Positions 49,329 to 62,556 are shown, numbered from the stretch's first letter. The stretch: DNA of 64,000 nt from Lama guanicoe (GCA_013239625.1 MU054132.1:682001-746000); one strand, 5' to 3'. A program made the numbers and translations. Notes: a model not told the origin generated them from the letters alone.

Positions 49329-49574
49329 TCAGTCCAGCTTCTCCAGCACGGAGGGCACATACACCAGGCTGAGCTCACTGCCAAAGTTGCAGACAATAGC
49401 GGCATTGTCCAGCACCAGGATCTGGCGGGCAGGCTGGGCCTCGCTGTTCTTCCCCAGGTAGACCGTCTGTAACAGGTCCCCATAGTTTAGGTCCCAAAAG
49501 GAGACACAGCCCTGGCCACCGGTCACCAGCAGGTTGTCTGAGATGACGCCCAAGCTTGCACCACAGCCCAGGTC
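49329..49574 (-). CDS. SCAP: SCAP last coding exon (23)
   Basis: [22 protein letters not shown]...[12 protein letters not shown]. Confidence 0.95.
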   Translation of the reverse strand, partial: DLGCGASLGVISDNLLVTGGQGCVSFWDLNYGDLLQTVYLGKNSEAQPARQILVLDNAAIVCNFGSELSLVYVPSVLEKLD

Positions 49575-52500
49575 CTGGAGACAAGGACAGGACAGGCTCA
49601 GTGTCTTGAGTCCTTCCCTGAAAGGCCAAGAATCCCACGGCCCCCACCATGCCTACCTGCTGAATGGAGTAGAGCTTGATGCCTGTGCTGCGGTCCCAGA
49701 TGCTGATGAGGTCATCGAGGCCACTGCTGATGACGCAGGAGGTGGTACAGGTGAGGGAGGTGACGTCCCCACGGTGAGCAAACATGTGGCTGACCCGGCT
49801 GCCCGTCAGCACATCCCATAGGCAGATGGCCCCATCTTGTCCTCCACTGGCCAGCACCATGGTCTAAGGGAACAGGCCCGGGGGAGCTGCTCACTGGTGG
49901 AACGCCTCTGTCTACAAGGGTGTCCTAGTGCCCTGGTGGGTGGGTAGGAGCTCTCACTCGGTTTCCCACAGGCCCTTGAGGACCGGCTCCCAAGAGAAAC
50001 AAGGGCCGTGGGCCTGGCTTGGTACCCCTGCACCCTACCCACAGCCCTCACCTGGTCAATGTACACAGTCGTGATGGCCCCTGAGTGGCCTTGCAGGGTG
50101 AAGAGGCAGCAGGAATCCTCCAGACGGAACACCTGAGACAGGGACAGGCATCACGTTTTGGTCTTTCTGGGATTTTCCAAATGACACTCTGGCCAGGAAA
50201 TCCCTTCCACAGTTTATCCAGGACACCTCCAGCCTCTCCCTGACTGACACCAAATGCTCCCCGCCCCCTGTGCTGGGCCACCCTAGTGCACAAGAGAGAT
50301 GCTAACACTCACTCTTAGTGTGTGGTCTTGGCTCCCAGTCACAAGGCGCCCGGCAGCGGCCTTCAAGGCTGTGATGGGTTTCTGGTGTGCACAGGGTACT
50401 GTGTGCGTCAGGTGACAAGCCACTGTGTCACTGCTGCTGTATATGGGGGATGCGGGGGAAGTGCCTCGTCCTGGGGCCCCTGGGGACAACAGGCCAAGTG
50501 AGGATCCCTGAGAAGACACCCTGTAGGCAGCCCATGCCCCACCCACCAGGTGCCCCACCTGCCCAGTTCAGGTCCTCTCACCTCGGAACTGCAGGGGACT
50601 GAGGGCAGTGTGAGTCTCCAAGGAGAAGAAATCAAGGGAACCGTTGAGCCTGGCAGCCACAATCCTAGAAGAGAATAGCTGCCAGGTGACTTCCTCCAAG
50701 CCCCCAGCCTTGGGGCTGAGCACCATCAGTCCTTGACAGGCTCAGCTCCACTGGGCCTTGGAACAGGAGAGACATGAGGGACCGTGGCTAAGGGGGGGAC
50801 AGGTGCTGGAGCTGGAGACTACAACTCTTAATTGTTAACCTCTGTGCCACAGTTTCTTCATCTGTGAAATGGGGACAACCGTACCCACCTCACAAGGTAG
50901 TCATGGAGTAAATGAGCTAATAACGTGCAAAGTGGTACCTGGGGAACGGTACGTAAGACTAAATAAAAGACAGGAACAAGCATGGGGACAGTCCCCCTCC
51001 ACAGCCTGGAGCTAAAGGAAAGGCTTCTGTGAAGGAGCCTGAAGTGGGGCTGTGTTTTGGTGCTGCTGTCTCCAAATAAGGATTTTCTTCACTGCCTGGG
51101 ATTCCTAGGCACAGGTTGACAGGCAGAGGTGGGGACTTCTGCCATATAGCCCCAAAGCTTTGAAGTGAGTAGGGTTCAAAATCTTAACTCTGGTCAAGGG
51201 CAAAGCATCTCCCAACCCACGAATCTGAAGGGTCCACGTTGGAGCTGGGGAGGTACAGTGCAAGGGGCAGCAGGGAGGGGAGGAGAGACCATGGAACTGT
51301 GATGGCTGGGCTGAGACGTGGGCTTTCCCAAAAACTCAAGCAAAAAACTCAGCAGCAGGGGAGAATTTCTAAGCATGGGGGGAACCAGCACTGGGCCAGG
51401 CTGGATGTCTTGCCTCTGCAAGAAGCCTCGCAGTGGCAGGAATGACAGCAGCACTACCAGAAACCTGCTCCCCAAAACCCCTCCCCAAGAAGATAAGGCT
51501 CCAGATAAGCCAGCACAGGACAGGCAGGTGAGGGGTTAAGCAGAGGCACCTACTTGGGTTTATTAGCCCAGAAGCAGAAACCCAAGACTGAGTGTCTGTC
51601 TGGGGAACCCCCACCTCCGGGAGCATGTGCAGGCAGAGCCATGGGAACACCCAGCCAAGAGGCGTGTTGAGGAGGGAGGTGAGAATAATGTCCAGCATCA
51701 AGAGGAAAGAAGAGTTTTAATAAGATGGTTCTGAAAATGCATTTTTCTGTAACTGAAAATGCAGCCAGGAAACCCAGTCCAACTAGAGTAACTTTGACTT
51801 CAGAAGGGTGACAAAGAAAAATACCATTGTCACCATGGTGAAGGAACCTGGGATCTCACTACATGCCAGGCCCTAGTCCAAGTGCTTCCTACCTGTTAAG
51901 TCTTTTACTTGTCACCCTCCCATCGTGGTGGACTACCTGCTGTCACAGGTGTGGGGCTTGGCACCGAGTGGGGAAGTCAAGTCACACATGAGTGACGGGA
52001 GGCAGGGTTCAAATCTCAAGAGTATGGCCTGGACAGGAAGGGCTGAGGGTCTAGGGTTGAGGCTGGCATCGTAGCGCACCCACCTTTTGTCCAGGAAGAC
52101 GAGGGCCGTGATGCCCGAGGAGACCTCCTCACTGCTGCAGCGCAGGGTGCCCTCGATGGCGTCCCACACCTGCAGGCGCAGAGGCTGTGAACACCTGTGG
52201 GCTGGGAGGGCCCACAAACCCCCTGCGCAGACAGCGCCTCTGCCCACCTCCAGTCCTGCCCACCTCGAGCCGGCCACTGCTCCGCCCCACCACGATGAGG
52301 CTGCCCTGCAGCTCCAGGCTCCAGATGGAGCCGTCTGCGCTGGGGGCCCAGGCGAGGGAAGGGGAGCCCTTCTCAGGAGGAAAGCCCCCCTCGTCCTCGG
52401 GGGCCTGAGGCAGCACAGGCCCAGGGGAGGGTGGACGCAGGGCTGGCGTGTGGACAGGAGCCATTCTCTCCTCCTGGTACACTCGCTGCACCAGGCGGCT

Positions 52501-55500
52501 GAAGTCGTAGCCTGGGGACTCTGGAGCGCGGCGGCAGCCTGCCCGGTGCCGGGGCTCTGGGTTAGCAGGCTCTGGGAGCTGTGGCTGCGCCGAGAAGTTG
52601 GTGTCGATCAAGCAAGTGAGGTCTGGCTGGTCCCCAAAGAGGGAAGATGGCGGAAGGCCCCGAGAATGGTGCCGTAATGGAGGACTGTCCCCAGGCTCCT
52701 CCGGGCCACCCTTCCCGCCGTCTGACAGCCGTTCCCAGCTCTCCTGAGCCTCCAACACACTGCCAACACCACTGTCCCTGCGCTGCCTGCAGGGGGCAGG
52801 GAGAGTGGGGTGAGGACAGCGGGGCACAGACACAGGGCAAGGCTCAGGCAGGGGGCAGGGATGGGGGTACCTACCCCGGGCGTGGGATGCGAGTGAGGCA
52901 GTCCCCCGTCTGCGCGTCCCACACGCACACGTGGCCTGCCAGGCAACAGCTCACCAGCAGCATGCCGTCGCTGGCCAGACACTCGATGTCCTGCAGGAGT
53001 GTGGCACAGCCGTGGGCACAGGCACTGATGTCTGCACGGCCCAGGCCCCTGGTACCCCTGGCCCCCGCCAGCACTCACCATGAGGTGCCCTCGCAGCACC
53101 AGGGGCACGATCTCGGTCTCAGGTGGCGTATAGCCATAGTCGTCACAGGGCAGCTCCCCACGTCGCCGCCGGCCAGGCCCTGCTCCGGGCTGCCCGTAGT
53201 TGCGCGGGCAGAGCACGCGGTACAGGCAAAGCAGCAGCAGCACGAGGACGATGCCTGCAGCCAGGCCGGGGGCTGCCACCCTGCACAGGGCAGAGCCTGC
53301 TTAGACGAGCCCAGGCCCTCCCACCGGCCCCCCCCCTCCCTCCCCCTGTGGGCCTTACTTGTACAGGGTGATGTCTCTGTGCGCCTGCGCCGCGCCTGGC
53401 CCCTTGGGGCCGGCCTCCCACAGCCCACCATGCCCGGGCCTCGGCGGGGGCCAGGCACTGAGGCCATCCTGAGGGTGCCGCCCCTCCAGGGCCTCCCTCG
53501 GGTTCAGGCGGAGTGTGACTGGGATGACAGGCAGCAGGCTGATGTACCTGGGACCAGGCAGCGGACATCCTCAGAGGAGGCCCTTGGAAAGGTCCCTCCT
53601 GCTGCTGCCCCAGTTCCCTCTCTTCACGCAGGACTCAGCTCAACCTGCCAGCTCCATGACAACCCTCTGAGGACAGTCTTCCCAGCGTGGGGGGGTGGGG
53701 GAAGTAGGCACCTCCCCAGCCCAGCTCTGGTACCCCAACCTTGCTGTCAGACACCAGCCCCTAAGCAGCCACACTGCCAGGAACAGAGTGGCCGGCAGAA
53801 AGTGGGGTGGATCTCATTTTGGCCAAGGGGCAGTGACCTGACTTCCCAGGCAGGGCCCAGGGCCAGTGTCTTAGGTTGGAGCTGCTTGGAGCACTGGTTC
53901 CTACTTCACAACCTTATAGGTGTTTAATTATTCGAAAGGAATTGCAGAAGTCAAACCAGTGGATCTCCTACCTGAGGGGCAAGGGTTGCCCTGGGGACAG
54001 CGAGCTGATATTACCTAGTGGGGAGATGGCACCTGGCAAAGCCCAACTCACCTCTTGGCCAGTGTGATGTTATAGTAGCTGAAGAGCGTCGGCCAGTGGC
54101 GGAAGGACAATTTCCTCCAAAGTTCCTCATCCTCAGGCCCCCAGGTTACCTCTGGAACTGGGCTATCATGGACTCCCTCTGCTGGACCCCCAGGCTCAGG
54201 CGGCTCCTCTGGCAGAGTCTGGTTCTCGGGTAACTTAGGGGCATCGGGTGGGAAGATGGAGAAGGCGGGGTCCGGGTGGCTGGCGGGCAGCACACCACTA
54301 GGCACAGGCATGGGAGCCAGGGCGCCCTCGCCCAGTGGGCTCTGTTCTGTCACTTGGGCAGCGAGGTAGGTGCGCAGCCCTGCTGGGTCCGTGTACACCA
54401 GGATGCCAATCCAGACAACGGTACCAGCCTGCAGAGGGGCATTGGGTGCTCAGTAGGGCCTCTGGGCAGCCCCAACCCCCAGCACGCTAGGCCCGCACAC
54501 TGGGCTGGAAAGCCGCAACAGAGGCCCCGTGGGCCTTGGGGTGGGGAGAGGACACAGGCCCAACCTGTCCTTCCCTTCTGCCTCCTCAAGTCCTCCCACT
54601 ACCACCTGGGGCGCCAACTGCCCCACTAGAGGGACTGAGCTGGAGAGTTGGGATTCCTGGCCTGGAAATACAGAGGAGCACCCTTAGGTTTATGTAGAAC
54701 TCCACCCTCCCCCCGCTGCAACCCGCATCTCAGCTGGAGCTGGAGAGCTACCATTCCAGGGTCAGCCCCCAGGGTCAGCTGCCCAGAAGGACTGGCTGCC
54801 TGACTTGCTCCAGAGACGACACAGGTCCCTCGTCCTCAGAAGGCCTCAGCCTCACTCCCCTCTCAAACTCCTTGAGAGAGGCCCACTGACCAGCAGCCAG
54901 CCCTGCTGCTTCTTGCCTCTGTCCAGCCCGGCAGGTGAATTATTCTGCCCAGCATTTTCTGATGCTTGCACAGTGAACCCTGGAACCCTGACTCAGGGAA
55001 CCATCATGGTTCCATCCCACAGCACCCCGTCCTGGGTCACTCTGGGGAGACGATGACTCCTCTCCCTGGCGACCCCAGCAAACACCGGGTCAGGGCAGGA
55101 GGGCAGAGCGGGCAGCTTCCCAAAGCCAGGCTTCAAGGGGCCGCAAGGACCTGAGGAGCACACACCCCCACCCCGCCTCCAAGGCAAGTGAAAATGCAAG
55201 AGGGCCTTGAGCGCTGGCCCTCAGGGAGGGGTGGCAGGTACCATGATGAGGCGCTGTGCCAGGCGTGTGCGGGCCAGGAAGTAGATGACACGCAGCCTCT
55301 TGGGGAGCCGCAGGTTTCGGAAGGAGGACGGTTGCAGAGTGATGGTGTGGGGTGTGGATGGCCGCACAGCCAGCTGTCGCTCGAAGCGCGCTGGCCGCCC
55401 CACTGGCTTAGCTGGGGGCAGGCAGGCCTCAGGGGGCAGCCGCTTGTTCAGGTCCGCTAGCTGTTGGGGGAGCAGTGGTCAGGGCCTGACGCTGCCCTGC

Positions 55501-58500
55501 AACTGCCCCAGGTCTGCACCTCTCACCCAGGGATCCCCTGAGCAAACCAGGGCTGAGGAGGAGGTGGGCGGGGCAGGGTTCAGCCCATTCCTACCTCCAT
55601 CCTGCGAATATCAATGGATAGGACGGTGGTGAAAAACAGCATCTGAAGGAAGAAGTCGGACACCAGGCCCACGACAGCAAAGAGACAGAACTCCTGGAAT
55701 TAAGCAGATGACAGGATACCAGCACCAAAAGAAGCAGTTCCTTTCCTGCAGGCACCTCAGAATCTGCAGGGCAGTTTCCGGCAGGGCACAGCAGAGAGAA
55801 AGAAGAGATGCTGGTAGTTCTGAATCTGGGAGGGGCCAAGGAGGACAATACAGTGGCTCCTTCCCTCCCCACAAGGGGCAGCAGAGATGCACTTGAACAT
55901 TTACCCAGAGAGGACTAAGGGTGGGTGCTCTCCCCCTAAACCTCCGATTCCCCCTAGAGAGGAGGGCCGGACCCAACTTGAAAAGCTCCGAGTCCCACCA
56001 GCCTGCTACTCAAAAAACCCTTCCCGACTGAGCCCCAGGCCCTGCTCATGTGCCATGGACCTACCCAAGAGCCAGACCTGGCCTGATTTCGGGGCTGTGA
56101 AAGGTTCCCAGCCAGCAACCACACTGGACCAACGAAGGGATGGGGAGAGGGCAGGAGGGAATTCTGCCCTTAAAACTGAGAAGGGGTAGTCTCTCTGCTC
56201 CCCAGGTTCTGTGGCTAGATGAAATTTTCTCACACAAGTTCTGCTCCCCTGCCCTTGTCTGAGGTACCTGGCACACCACCATGGCTTCTACTCAAACATG
56301 GGGTAAGATGAAGGATTGGCTACACGACAATCTGGCCTTCCAACTCAGAGCAGGTCCACCTCCACCTCTGCTCACAGCCCCGCAGCTGAGCCAGGGCTCT
56401 GGGCAGTGGCCAGTGGCCCTCCCGTGGTGCGGGCCGTGTGCTAGAGGCTGCAGGGGGTAGGGTCAGGGCTCTGGCCAGGAAAGACAGGAGGGGCCCAGTT
56501 CAGGGGCCCCACCATGTTCTGCCTGAGAACTGGGAAACGAGGTCTGACTAGAACTGCGGGCAGCCGGCACCGCGGGCAACTGGTCTCTGCTGTGCCCACC
56601 AAGCCCTCTCCTGCCACTTGGCTGAATGAGAGATAGGCAGGGAGGGGTAAGAGGACAGGGTCAAAGGCAGAGGCTGTCTGGCTGGGAGTGCAATCCCATA
56701 ACCCACCCTCAGCTCCCTGAGTCTTACTCCTGAACCAGGCATGCCAGGAGCACCCTGTGCACGGTGACAAGTGTCTCACCAGCAGAGGGCCTACCTCATA
56801 GGTGAGGGGAGTAGCAAGGAGAGGGGTGTGCCCTGCATGGGGGCAGGGGGGCCTCAGCAGCTGGCTCCACGCTGGCCTAAGCTGCAGTCCTGGAGGGGCC
56901 TTACCTGGATGGCAGGCACTAAGGTGAAGTAGCCAATGAGGATGATGCCCAGCTCCGTAGCCATGTTCTTCATGATGGACCAGCTCTCGCTGCTCAGGCC
57001 TGTAGAGGACAAGAGGGCCGTGGGGTCAGCAGATGACCTCTGTCCACATCTGCACACAAGTGCATGGTCCTCAGAGGGGAGAAGCACAGGGAGGGGCCCA
57101 GCCTTCTGAGGTAGCTGTTCCCCCAAAGTGCCCCAACCCTCATGACCCTGCCAGTGCCCAGGCTCCAAGGTGCAGCCGGGGGCTTCGAGGGCACGGGGGA
57201 GAACTACAGCCGTCAGAGGAAGGGAGAAGCAGCGTGCTGAGTTGAGCAAACCCAAGAGGAGAGCCAAGGGTCCCCCACGCTGGCACATCCGGCCTCACGT
57301 GCCGTTCTGTCTGGTGCATGTGGTCTGCCTGCCATGTGGCAGAATGGCTCCAGGGCCAGAAGAGCTAGCTCGACCTCAGGCCCCTCCCCAGGCTCCGGCC
57401 ATCACGCAGTCGCACCTGTAAAGCTCTGAGTGCCTGGTGGGTAGGGGCCATTTCCCCTTGCCTCCTTGGAACCTACATCTAGTGCAGGGTCTGGCCTCTC
57501 ACAGAAGCTCACGAAGGTTTGCAGAGTGAACAAACAGCCTACCCCCAGCCCCATTCCCACAGATACAGGGTGAGGAGGAGGAGGGGCGAAGAGTAGAGAC
57601 CTCCAGGCCTGGGCTCTTTTCTCGCTTTCCCCCAAACCCCAGATCCCCAGTTCCTGCCACTGAGGCCACAGGGGGATTTTCTGGCAGCTGTGGAGGCAGC
57701 GACTCTTGAGTCGAGCAGCCCCAGGAGCCCCGGCTTCCTGTGGTGGAGTGAAGCAGGAGCAGAAAAGACTGGGTGCCAGCCTGGGCAGAGGGCCACCAAA
57801 CACACAAGCCCCGCAGCACAGTCTGGTTTGCTTTCTTACTGACATGTGAACCAGGACAAAGCTCCATCCACGGCCCCTCAGAGCACATGCTAACAAGCTG
57901 CCATTCATGCTGGAGGCCAGAGCAAGGAAAGGTTCTGGGCTCCGTTTCCTCGGCAGGAGGTGTACACAGCTGTCCACCCGCCCTAGTGCACCCCCCACCC
58001 CACCCCTGTTACCTTGGGCGATGCGCAGCTTCACCTCCAGGTCCACTGGGGTTGAGACCACTGACTTGGTGAGCACCAGCACATTCTCGAGCCCGATGAC
58101 CACCACAAGGTAGGGGAAAATCTCACTGCGGACAGAGAGGGTGAGGGTGGGGACAGTGCTGAGGAGGGCCCTCAACACACGGCTGGTTCTCAATGAGTTT
58201 GGGTCCTGGGGGGCCATGAAGTTTGCAGCCTAAAGTAGGGGCTGCTGTGCGAGTCCCACAGCACAGGACAGAAACCCCACATTCCCCATCCATGCCCAAC
58301 AGGACCTTCGTCTACTCAGCTCTCAGCTCTCAGGCAGGCTTTGGAAGCCTTGCCAAGGAGCCAGCAACCATCCCCATCTCCACCCATCCAGCTTGGCAGA
58401 AAGAGGGCCGAGGGAGGCCCCCTGCTGCCCAGCTGCCAGAGCACAGCTCCCCTGGGCCTTCTCACACCAGACTCTGTGGCCAGAGGAAACCACCACGGCC

Positions 58501-61500
58501 AAGACCCCACAACAGCACCCCAGGCCAAGCCATCAGGACTAAACAGAAGGGGGATGAGACCAGCCTAAAGCCCTACTCACCTCTGTGAAGAAGCTGTGTT
58601 TGAAGAGCAACTGTTCCTAAAGAAAGCCACTAGCTGTCTGAGACCACGGGCTCCTACTAGCAACAGACTGTGAAGGAAACCTAGGCACAAGGAACCCCAG
58701 CCGAGGGGAACCTCACTGGGCTCTCTGCTGTGCAAGAGTGGAGGTGAGGGCTCTGAGGAGGGCCCAGCAGACAGCTAGTGGGGGGAGGGCGTTTAGCACC
58801 TTCAGGTCTAGGAAAGGAAGCAGATGTTCTACGAGCAAGGAAAGTAACAGGAAACACAAAATCCCTGTCACGGGACCAGCCTGACACCCCAAGGTAAGGA
58901 ACAGGCAGTGACCACGATGGAAAGGCAGGCAGGGCCCAGCCAGAGCTGAGGAGACCGAAGCCCGAGGACACACCCAGGGCAGAGCTTCGAGATCATGTTG
59001 CAGAGAAATGGCAGGGAAAGAAAAAAATAGAAAGTGACAAATTCGAGTATGCTTATGTCTTAGATCTTTTAAAAAGCCTACTCTAAAATGACTTATTTTA
59101 TTAGTCACTTGAATGTTTTAATAGTGAAAAAAGGAAGAAATGTACCTTCTCTGTCTCACACCCATCTATGGCTTAAGTCATCAAGGAGCAATATGCACAT
59201 GTGCAGTTAACATATAAACACACACATACACATTCACGTACCCTTACCTTTGCACACATTTGCCTCACATACCATATACACACATGCATAAACACACATA
59301 CACACATATTAATACCTACCCCATACACATACACAAGTATACACATAAATGTACATATATACACACATCTATATATATATATTACATGTAAATATGGATA
59401 CACTTTGTATATACATATGTATGAACACAAGCCATGTAACTTAAGAGGAAAAAAATGTACCTCTTGAATGTCAAAATAACCATGTGAGGATATGGGGTAA
59501 CAGCAAGCGTCCAGCGCAGGGCAGGCCAAGTGCCCAGAGGTGCAAGGCGCTCCGGGCTGCGGGTCCGCCCTGCGGCCCAGTGGAGCCTGCTCGGGACCTA
59601 CCCGCCGTTGAGAGTGGGTGTCAGGCCGAAGAGTGTGCAGAGCCCCACAGACATGAGCAGCGAGCTGAGCACTGTGACCACGGCGGCCAGAGCCAGCCCC
59701 CATTTGGACTTGACCATGTCGATCTTGCCTGGAGGGCAGAGAGGGCACATCAGGGCAGCATCTCCCCAGAGCCCGGCATACACAGGCCCTTCTTAACTGG
59801 GCTCCGAGGAGGTGAGTGTGCCCTGACAGTCGAGGAAGGGAAGGCCCCAGTTTAACCAAAGAAAAGGACCGCCACACATATGCTTCCTAGTCTCAGGGGC
59901 ATAGTGTGTCCTTTGGGGACCCTAACCCAGGAAGGGTCTTTTCATGAACAGCAAGAGGAGTCCTGGACCCACCCAAGCCCCTGAGGCTCTGCTAGGGGAC
60001 GAAGCCCTGGCTTTTGTGACATCTCTGCCCGAGCCACCTTTAGAGGCAGGGAAGGGGGGATCTGGAAATGCCTGTTTAGCTTGGAGAAAGCCCCAGCCTC
60101 CTTGCCGTAGACCTACGCGTGGAGAAGTAGATGTAGGCAAACAAGATGATGTAGGTGGTCACGAGGGGGATGAGCTCAGCGATGCCAATCTCCTCCTTGA
60201 AGTGCACGTGGACCAGGCTCTCCGCCCGAAGGCTGCAGTTGGGGCTGGGGTGCAGGAGCATCAGGCGGGCGCGCAGGCTGGCCAGAAACCTGGTCATGGA
60301 GCGGGAGGTGGTAGATGGACTGTCCCCCTGGTCCAGGGGACAAAGAATCCCTGGAAAGAGGGTCTGTCAGGGCTTCCCTCTTCCCTGTGTGTTGGAGGGA
60401 GCTTCTCTGTGGTGTCTAACCTTCCCTACAGTCCCGAGTGGGTGGGGCATGAAAGAATTATAAAGTTGGCAAAGCTGTCTAAGGAGCCCCCCCTTCAGCA
60501 CCCACCTCCCAAGCTGTCACACCACTCTGACTGCCAAAGCCCAAGACGGCCAATCAGCGGCATTGTGGGTGCCTCACCTTCACCGGGAGCTGCCTGCAGT
60601 GCTCTGTTGGGAAGGGTTCTGAGGCCACACAGGGCTCAGTAGTAACCAGTTGGGGACCCCTGCCCTAGACTCCAGAGACCAGTGGAGACGACGGACATTG
60701 AATTTGCCAGCCCTGCCTTAGTTCCTTATTCTTAACCAGCTGTCAGGTCATTCCCCCTCAAGCGTGAGGAGATAGCCTCCTTCAGCCTAAGGGATATAAA
60801 CATTTCAACAGGAGGCCTGAAAACTCCAAGTTCCCAGGAGGCATTCTGGGACTACTCAAAGCCTCCTGTCAGTCCACAGCCCCGTCAGGAAGCCTTACTT
60901 GGCATGGTAGTGCTGGAAGACCAGGGTAATGGTGTACGAGACCATCCTCCTCCTGGTGTAGAGGCTCACCCCGCTGTACTTCCCAGGAACACCAAACAGC
61001 AAGTCTGCAGGCAGAAACCAGCAGGTGCCGATGAAGCAAGGGCAGCTAGGCAGAGCCACCAAGGACACTGATCCACTCCCACCCTGGGAAACAGGGGGTA
61101 GCCCCTGATCGGCCAGAGCAGCCATCAAAGAGGACATGGTGACCGACAGGCTCCCTCGCGGGTCCTTAAGGAATCTGCCCTACGGATACCTTTGAGCGTC
61201 GCTGAGGTCTGCAGGGTTTTAGGCTCGTGCTGGTGGATGGTCCTGATGATGTCAGGATCGGCATGGAAACGTTCCCGGTCATTCTGCCAGAAGTTCCCAG
61301 GGGATAGCAGCAGGCATCCATGCTCGGGCAGGAGGTTCCGGAGCTTCCTGAGGCCTGGCAGCAGGTCAGTCACCTGCAGGCACACCTCCTCCAGGCTCCT
61401 GGTCCCGGAGCTGTGTGGGAGACAGGACAAGGCACCTGCTGTGTCTGCCAGCGGAGGCCAGGCCCTCTGCACTTGAGGTCTCCTCTGTCATCTGGTTCCC

Positions 61501-62369
61501 GGATGCCTAGTATCCAAAGAGCCTGAGGACGAGGGCAGCCAGGAAAGTTCTTCCAGGTGGTCAACAACCAAACCGTGTGGCTATCTGACCTTCAGATTGC
61601 TTGTGGAGCCCAAAAGCCCAGTATGTCCGAGGAGAGGCAGGCTGTGGGAGCGTGCACAGCCCCATTCACTAGAATACCTTGGCCAGTTCAGCGGGCAGAG
61701 GGGACAGGGTAAAAATTAGGGACTTCATTTTCATTCATCAAAATGCCCATCAGAGCCCTTAGCAAACTAAAACCCAGCAGTGAGGCAACTCGCAAAGCCA
61801 GCATGCATCTGAGAATCCCTGGTGGGCTGGGGTTTCAGAAGTGGACCCCTAGGTACAGCTTGCTTCCCATCAGCATGGCCACCACCATTACACGCACATC
61901 TCACAACCCTAGGCAGGGAGCCCTCTGAGTCACGAGTCAACTGGACCTCAGTTAGCTTGTCACAGGGTTGGCCCAGTGGACACCTAGTATGTCCACTTGA
62001 AGCTCAGGGCTCCACCTGCACCATCAGCACAGGCCCCAGGGGAACGCAGTCACAGTGGACCCACAGGCATGTTGAGAAACACAAAGCTGCCTCATTCACC
62101 ACCTGCTCACTCGCACGCTTTCTGCAGAGTGCGCTGGACTTAGACCGAGGGCTGCACCCTCCCTTCAGTACAGAACTGGACTCCCCAAGCGGCGGTCCCA
62201 GAGTGGGATACCTGTCTCTCAGCACATGGTTCCGGATCTCCTCCACCAGCTGGAATGCCCGGGACAGAGGTGAGCGGAACACATCTACTGCCAGGAGGTT
62301 CTTGTGCCAGGGAGACACTGAGGACTTCACAAATATCTGCTGGATGTAAGCCACTGGGGCACCCACGTA
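49329..62369 (-). CDS. SCAP: SCAP (SREBP cleavage-activating protein), partial spliced CDS span, 20 exons (human-numbered 4-23); 5' exons outside window
   Basis: Sterol-sensing domain with YIYF, DIRRMELADL, WD40 repeats, C-terminus VPSVLEKLD*. All introns are GT-AG and in phase. Confidence 0.97.
49657..49863 (-). CDS. SCAP: SCAP exon 22
   Basis: [17 protein letters not shown]...GIKLYSIQQ. Confidence 0.95.
50052..50132 (-). CDS. SCAP: SCAP exon 21
   Basis: [27 protein letters not shown]. Confidence 0.95.
50313..50479 (-). CDS. SCAP: SCAP exon 20
   Basis: [21 protein letters not shown]...GSQDHTLR. Confidence 0.93.
50582..50664 (-). CDS. SCAP: SCAP exon 19
   Basis: [27 protein letters not shown]. 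Confidence 0.93.
52084..52169 (-). CDS. SCAP: SCAP exon 18
   Basis: [28 protein letters not shown]. Confidence 0.95.
52264..52786 (-). CDS. SCAP: SCAP exon 17
   Basis: [24 protein letters not shown]...[11 protein letters not shown]. Confidence 0.93.
52875..52990 (-). CDS. SCAP: SCAP exon 16
   Basis: [38 protein letters not shown]. Confidence 0.95.
53079..53280 (-). CDS. SCAP: SCAP exon 15 (TM8)
   Basis: [29 protein letters not shown]...VLRGHLM. Confidence 0.95.
53359..53547 (-). CDS. SCAP: SCAP exon 14
   Basis: [28 protein letters not shown]...RDITLY. Confidence 0.93.
54052..54428 (-). CDS. SCAP: SCAP exon 13
   Basis: [21 protein letters not shown]...[15 protein letters not shown]. Confidence 0.95.
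55242..55460 (-). CDS. SCAP: SCAP exon 12
   Basis: [15 protein letters not shown]...[10 protein letters not shown]. Confidence 0.95.
55595..55693 (-). CDS. SCAP: SCAP exon 11
   Basis: [33 protein letters not shown] (not shown in the ORF track). Confidence 0.95.
56905..56999 (-). CDS. SCAP: SCAP exon 10
   Basis: [31 protein letters not shown]. Confidence 0.95.
58013..58125 (-). CDS. SCAP: SCAP exon 9
   Basis: [37 protein letters not shown]. Confidence 0.95.
59215..59425. repeat. Degenerate (CA/TA)n low-complexity tract in SCAP intron 8
   Basis: Visible CACATA/TACATA repeats. Confidence 0.8.
59602..59728 (-). CDS. SCAP: SCAP exon 8
   Basis: [41 protein letters not shown]. Confidence 0.95.
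60117..60289 (-). CDS. SCAP: SCAP exon 7 (YIYF motif)
   Basis: [23 protein letters not shown]...[11 protein letters not shown]. Confidence 0.95.
60899..61004 (-). CDS. SCAP: SCAP exon 6
   Basis: [34 protein letters not shown]. Confidence 0.95.
61190..61410 (-). CDS. SCAP: SCAP exon 5
   Basis: [20 protein letters not shown]...LQTSATLK. Confidence 0.95.
62212..62369 (-). CDS. SCAP: SCAP exon 4
   Basis: [52 protein letters not shown]. Confidence 0.95.
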
Positions 62370-62556
62370 CTGCAGAAGAAATGGGGGAGCGGCAGAAAGG
62401 TCAGCTCAGCACAGGAGAAGAACAGCCATATTCAGTAAGGATTTACGGAGCATCTTACTAAGGGCAAAGCAATGTGGGGCCAACAGGACAGGCCTTCAAA
62501 AATGAAGTCGTCCACCAGGGACTTCTTACCACTTTCCTACACATTTCCTAATAGAA

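Noticed and set aside
52647..53927. 426-aa plus-strand ORF and similar long ORFs over SCAP and PTPN23
   Set aside because: Shadow or antisense frames of GC-rich exons with no recognisable domain.
61182..62211. SCAP intron 4 and 5 donors both begin GTATCC (U12-like)
   Set aside because: They continue CA and GT rather than TT/TY, and I saw no TCCTTAAC branch point, so they are treated as U2 introns.
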